64,000 bases of DNA from positions 792,736 to 856,735 of the forward strand of contig NMRA01000090.1 of the NCBI GenBank assembly GCA_002633005.1, written 5' to 3'. This document shows positions 62,057 to 64,000 of the stretch, piece by piece. The stretch's first letter is position 1; every line of letters starts with the position of its first letter. A program made the position numbers and the translations under genes. The DNA is from Phoronis australis. Lineage: Eukaryota; Animalia; Phoronida. The notes under the pieces were generated by a model. The model made no database searches and was not told the DNA's origin. It was given only the letters and a program-made list of their open reading frames with translations.

Positions 62057-62213
62057 CAGTGGCGGATTTAGAGGGGGCTTAGGAGGCCATGCCCCCCCTA
62101 AAACTCTCCCAGATTCCATTTGGCAATTCGGGGGTGCGCCGTTTGACGAGCAAAATCCTGGCTAGTACTTTGCCTTGCTCCCCCCCTAAATAAAAATCCT
62201 GGATCCGCCCCTG
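62057..62213. mobile_element. MITE of the CAGTGGCGGAT...ATCCGCCCCTG family
   Basis: Clear TIRs; body similar to 16816-16976; no clean TSD. Confidence 0.7.
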
Positions 62214-62853
62214 CTATATAAGGGCTTATGTGTCATTGAATGCTCAAATTTCAAATTTTTGGAAATAAGCCTTTCTCGAGTTTGGCGACGCTTCACTTGA
62301 TGAAGGCCGTGTCGAATTCTCGTGGCATATAATTTAAAATTGTCTAAATTAAAAGTTCTAATGATGCTTTCCGTCTTGTACGATTCCGTTGGTCGGCTGA
62401 AACCCAAAAGGACCTAGTTAAATCCCAATTCTAATACAAATGGGTGATATGTTCTCGGTAGCTTTTTTCACAAAATGTACGCAATTCGGTATTTATAACT
62501 CAGATATCTTAATGTGTATAAAATATGGGTCAATTGATGATAGTCTATAAACTCAGTTTGTAGATATCACCAATTGCATGATCTGAAACCATTTCAATCT
62601 AGCACCCCACAGCTAGGTTCAGTACTAAAAGGACACTAATTGAAAATTGCATTAGATGTAAACCCACAAGCTTCATGGTACGCTGTGCCAACAACTATAC
62701 ATTTAATGCAAAAAACCAGAAAACTCGCTGAAGAAAGTAGGCCAACTAGTCATCTTGGACGAGCTAGAGCTCATCAGTCCCGACTTCGCAGGTGCGGGAT
62801 CGTTAAGATTTACAGGCTATCAATTCGAACAGGAATACAATGATGAAGAAATA

Positions 62854-63141
62854 CTAGAGAGGCACCGGGAACAACCTCAGGCACTGAACCGAACGCATGG
62901 AGTTATTTGGTAAGCCGGCATTCGTCAAGCCACTGTCGACGTACGTCTGCAGGCCACAGAAACGGGAATGTTTTACGGCCTCATACTCGCTATTTACAGT
63001 GTACATTTCATTCTTCACTACCATTAGCCACTTCCTAAGCATTTCGGACTCTCGAGGAAGTAAAAAAACGATATACTCGCTTTCCTCGCAGCTGCTTAGT
63101 TCGGACAAGCGGGAACGATGCACCGCAACATATAACGGCAT
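62854..63141 (-). pseudogene. Degenerate THAP-domain ORF, probably transposon-derived
   Basis: FLLP..E.LRKWL...KHSRFCGL matches the THAP F-x-x-P / W / C-x-x-H layout; N-terminal Cys pair and the His appear lost or frameshifted. Confidence 0.55.
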
Positions 63142-64000
63142 TCACTCTGCATATGAACCGCTGACGTCGCTAGCGTCGTTTCTCACCTTCTTCACAGGTT
63201 AACGCGACACCTCTTGGCAAGGTAAGGTCGACCGTGTGCGAGGCGACTGATGTGGATATAGACCGATTAAGACGGCAAAAAAGACTAATTAAATCGGGTG
63301 GCATTCTCCTTTAAGTAAGCACGGCTTTCAAAGAGATAATTTCAGGTGCAGCATTTTTGACAGACGAGGTGGAATCAAGAATTCGGTGTTTGAATGTCGG
63401 CTACCACCTTTTAAAAATGCACGCCGGGTGAGATTAGTGCAGAAACTGAGGAGTATTGATAGACCCGAGGGGCTACATGTATACATGTCATGGTGTCAAC
63501 TGGACAATAATTGCGGTGAGCACTGATATGAGTAGGCCTACTAAGACTGCGATAAGGCCGGGACAGCGTCGTAATGCATTGCAAGTTGAGTACTAAGGAA
63601 TTACGCGATCCGTGTCCTTGTTGGGAGGCCTAGCATTCGCTGCTAAGTTACTCCGCCTTATTATGAGCCATGACAGGTTGAGGTTGGGCCGTGTTGTCCG
63701 CTAGATTTCAGTCACAGAAAGGTATGTGCCGCTACCGCCGGCGTGCAGTGGCAGCTGAGGCCTGAGGTGCGCTGTGGTTTGTACCTCAGTGCCCGGCCTC
63801 CGTAACCTGGCAGGCTGGGTGCGAGACTATCGCCATCGCAGACCCTAGCTCCATTCAACATCCTGACGTCAGAGTGTGGTCCTGCATGGGTACCACTCCG
63901 CTATGGCTATGCGAGTCGTTCATGAATGAATGTCTGCCACCTAATTTGTTCATGCTTGGGGCCTGCATGCAACCTGACCTTGGCTAGCGTCTGAATACTG

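Overview
AT-rich, intron-rich metazoan (probably marine invertebrate) genomic DNA with three single-N scaffold joins (17208, 51557, 58782); there are no prokaryotic systems and no CRISPR array. On + is a complete 11-exon GH116 (GBA2-like) glycoside hydrolase gene (12445-27814, ~990 aa) that unusually has a signal peptide and an internal PAN/apple-like module. The last three exons of a tandem paralog lie upstream (1114-3220). On - and convergent is a CEP70-like gene (~16-17 exons, 32422 to ~60232). One CEP70 intron holds an intact DIRS1-type tyrosine-recombinase retrotransposon (34368-39777) flanked by an unexpected 140-bp direct duplication of host DNA bounded by the AAAATT crossover core. The upstream GH116 copy traces to a tandem duplication (unit ~10068-43742) whose CEP70 remnant was largely deleted next to a CCC...GGG TIR element. 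Also present: 5-bp-TSD MITEs, a degenerate LINE RT, a degenerate THAP ORF, minisatellites and a Penelope-type minimal hammerhead motif. All gene models and homology calls were made by eye, without database searches.
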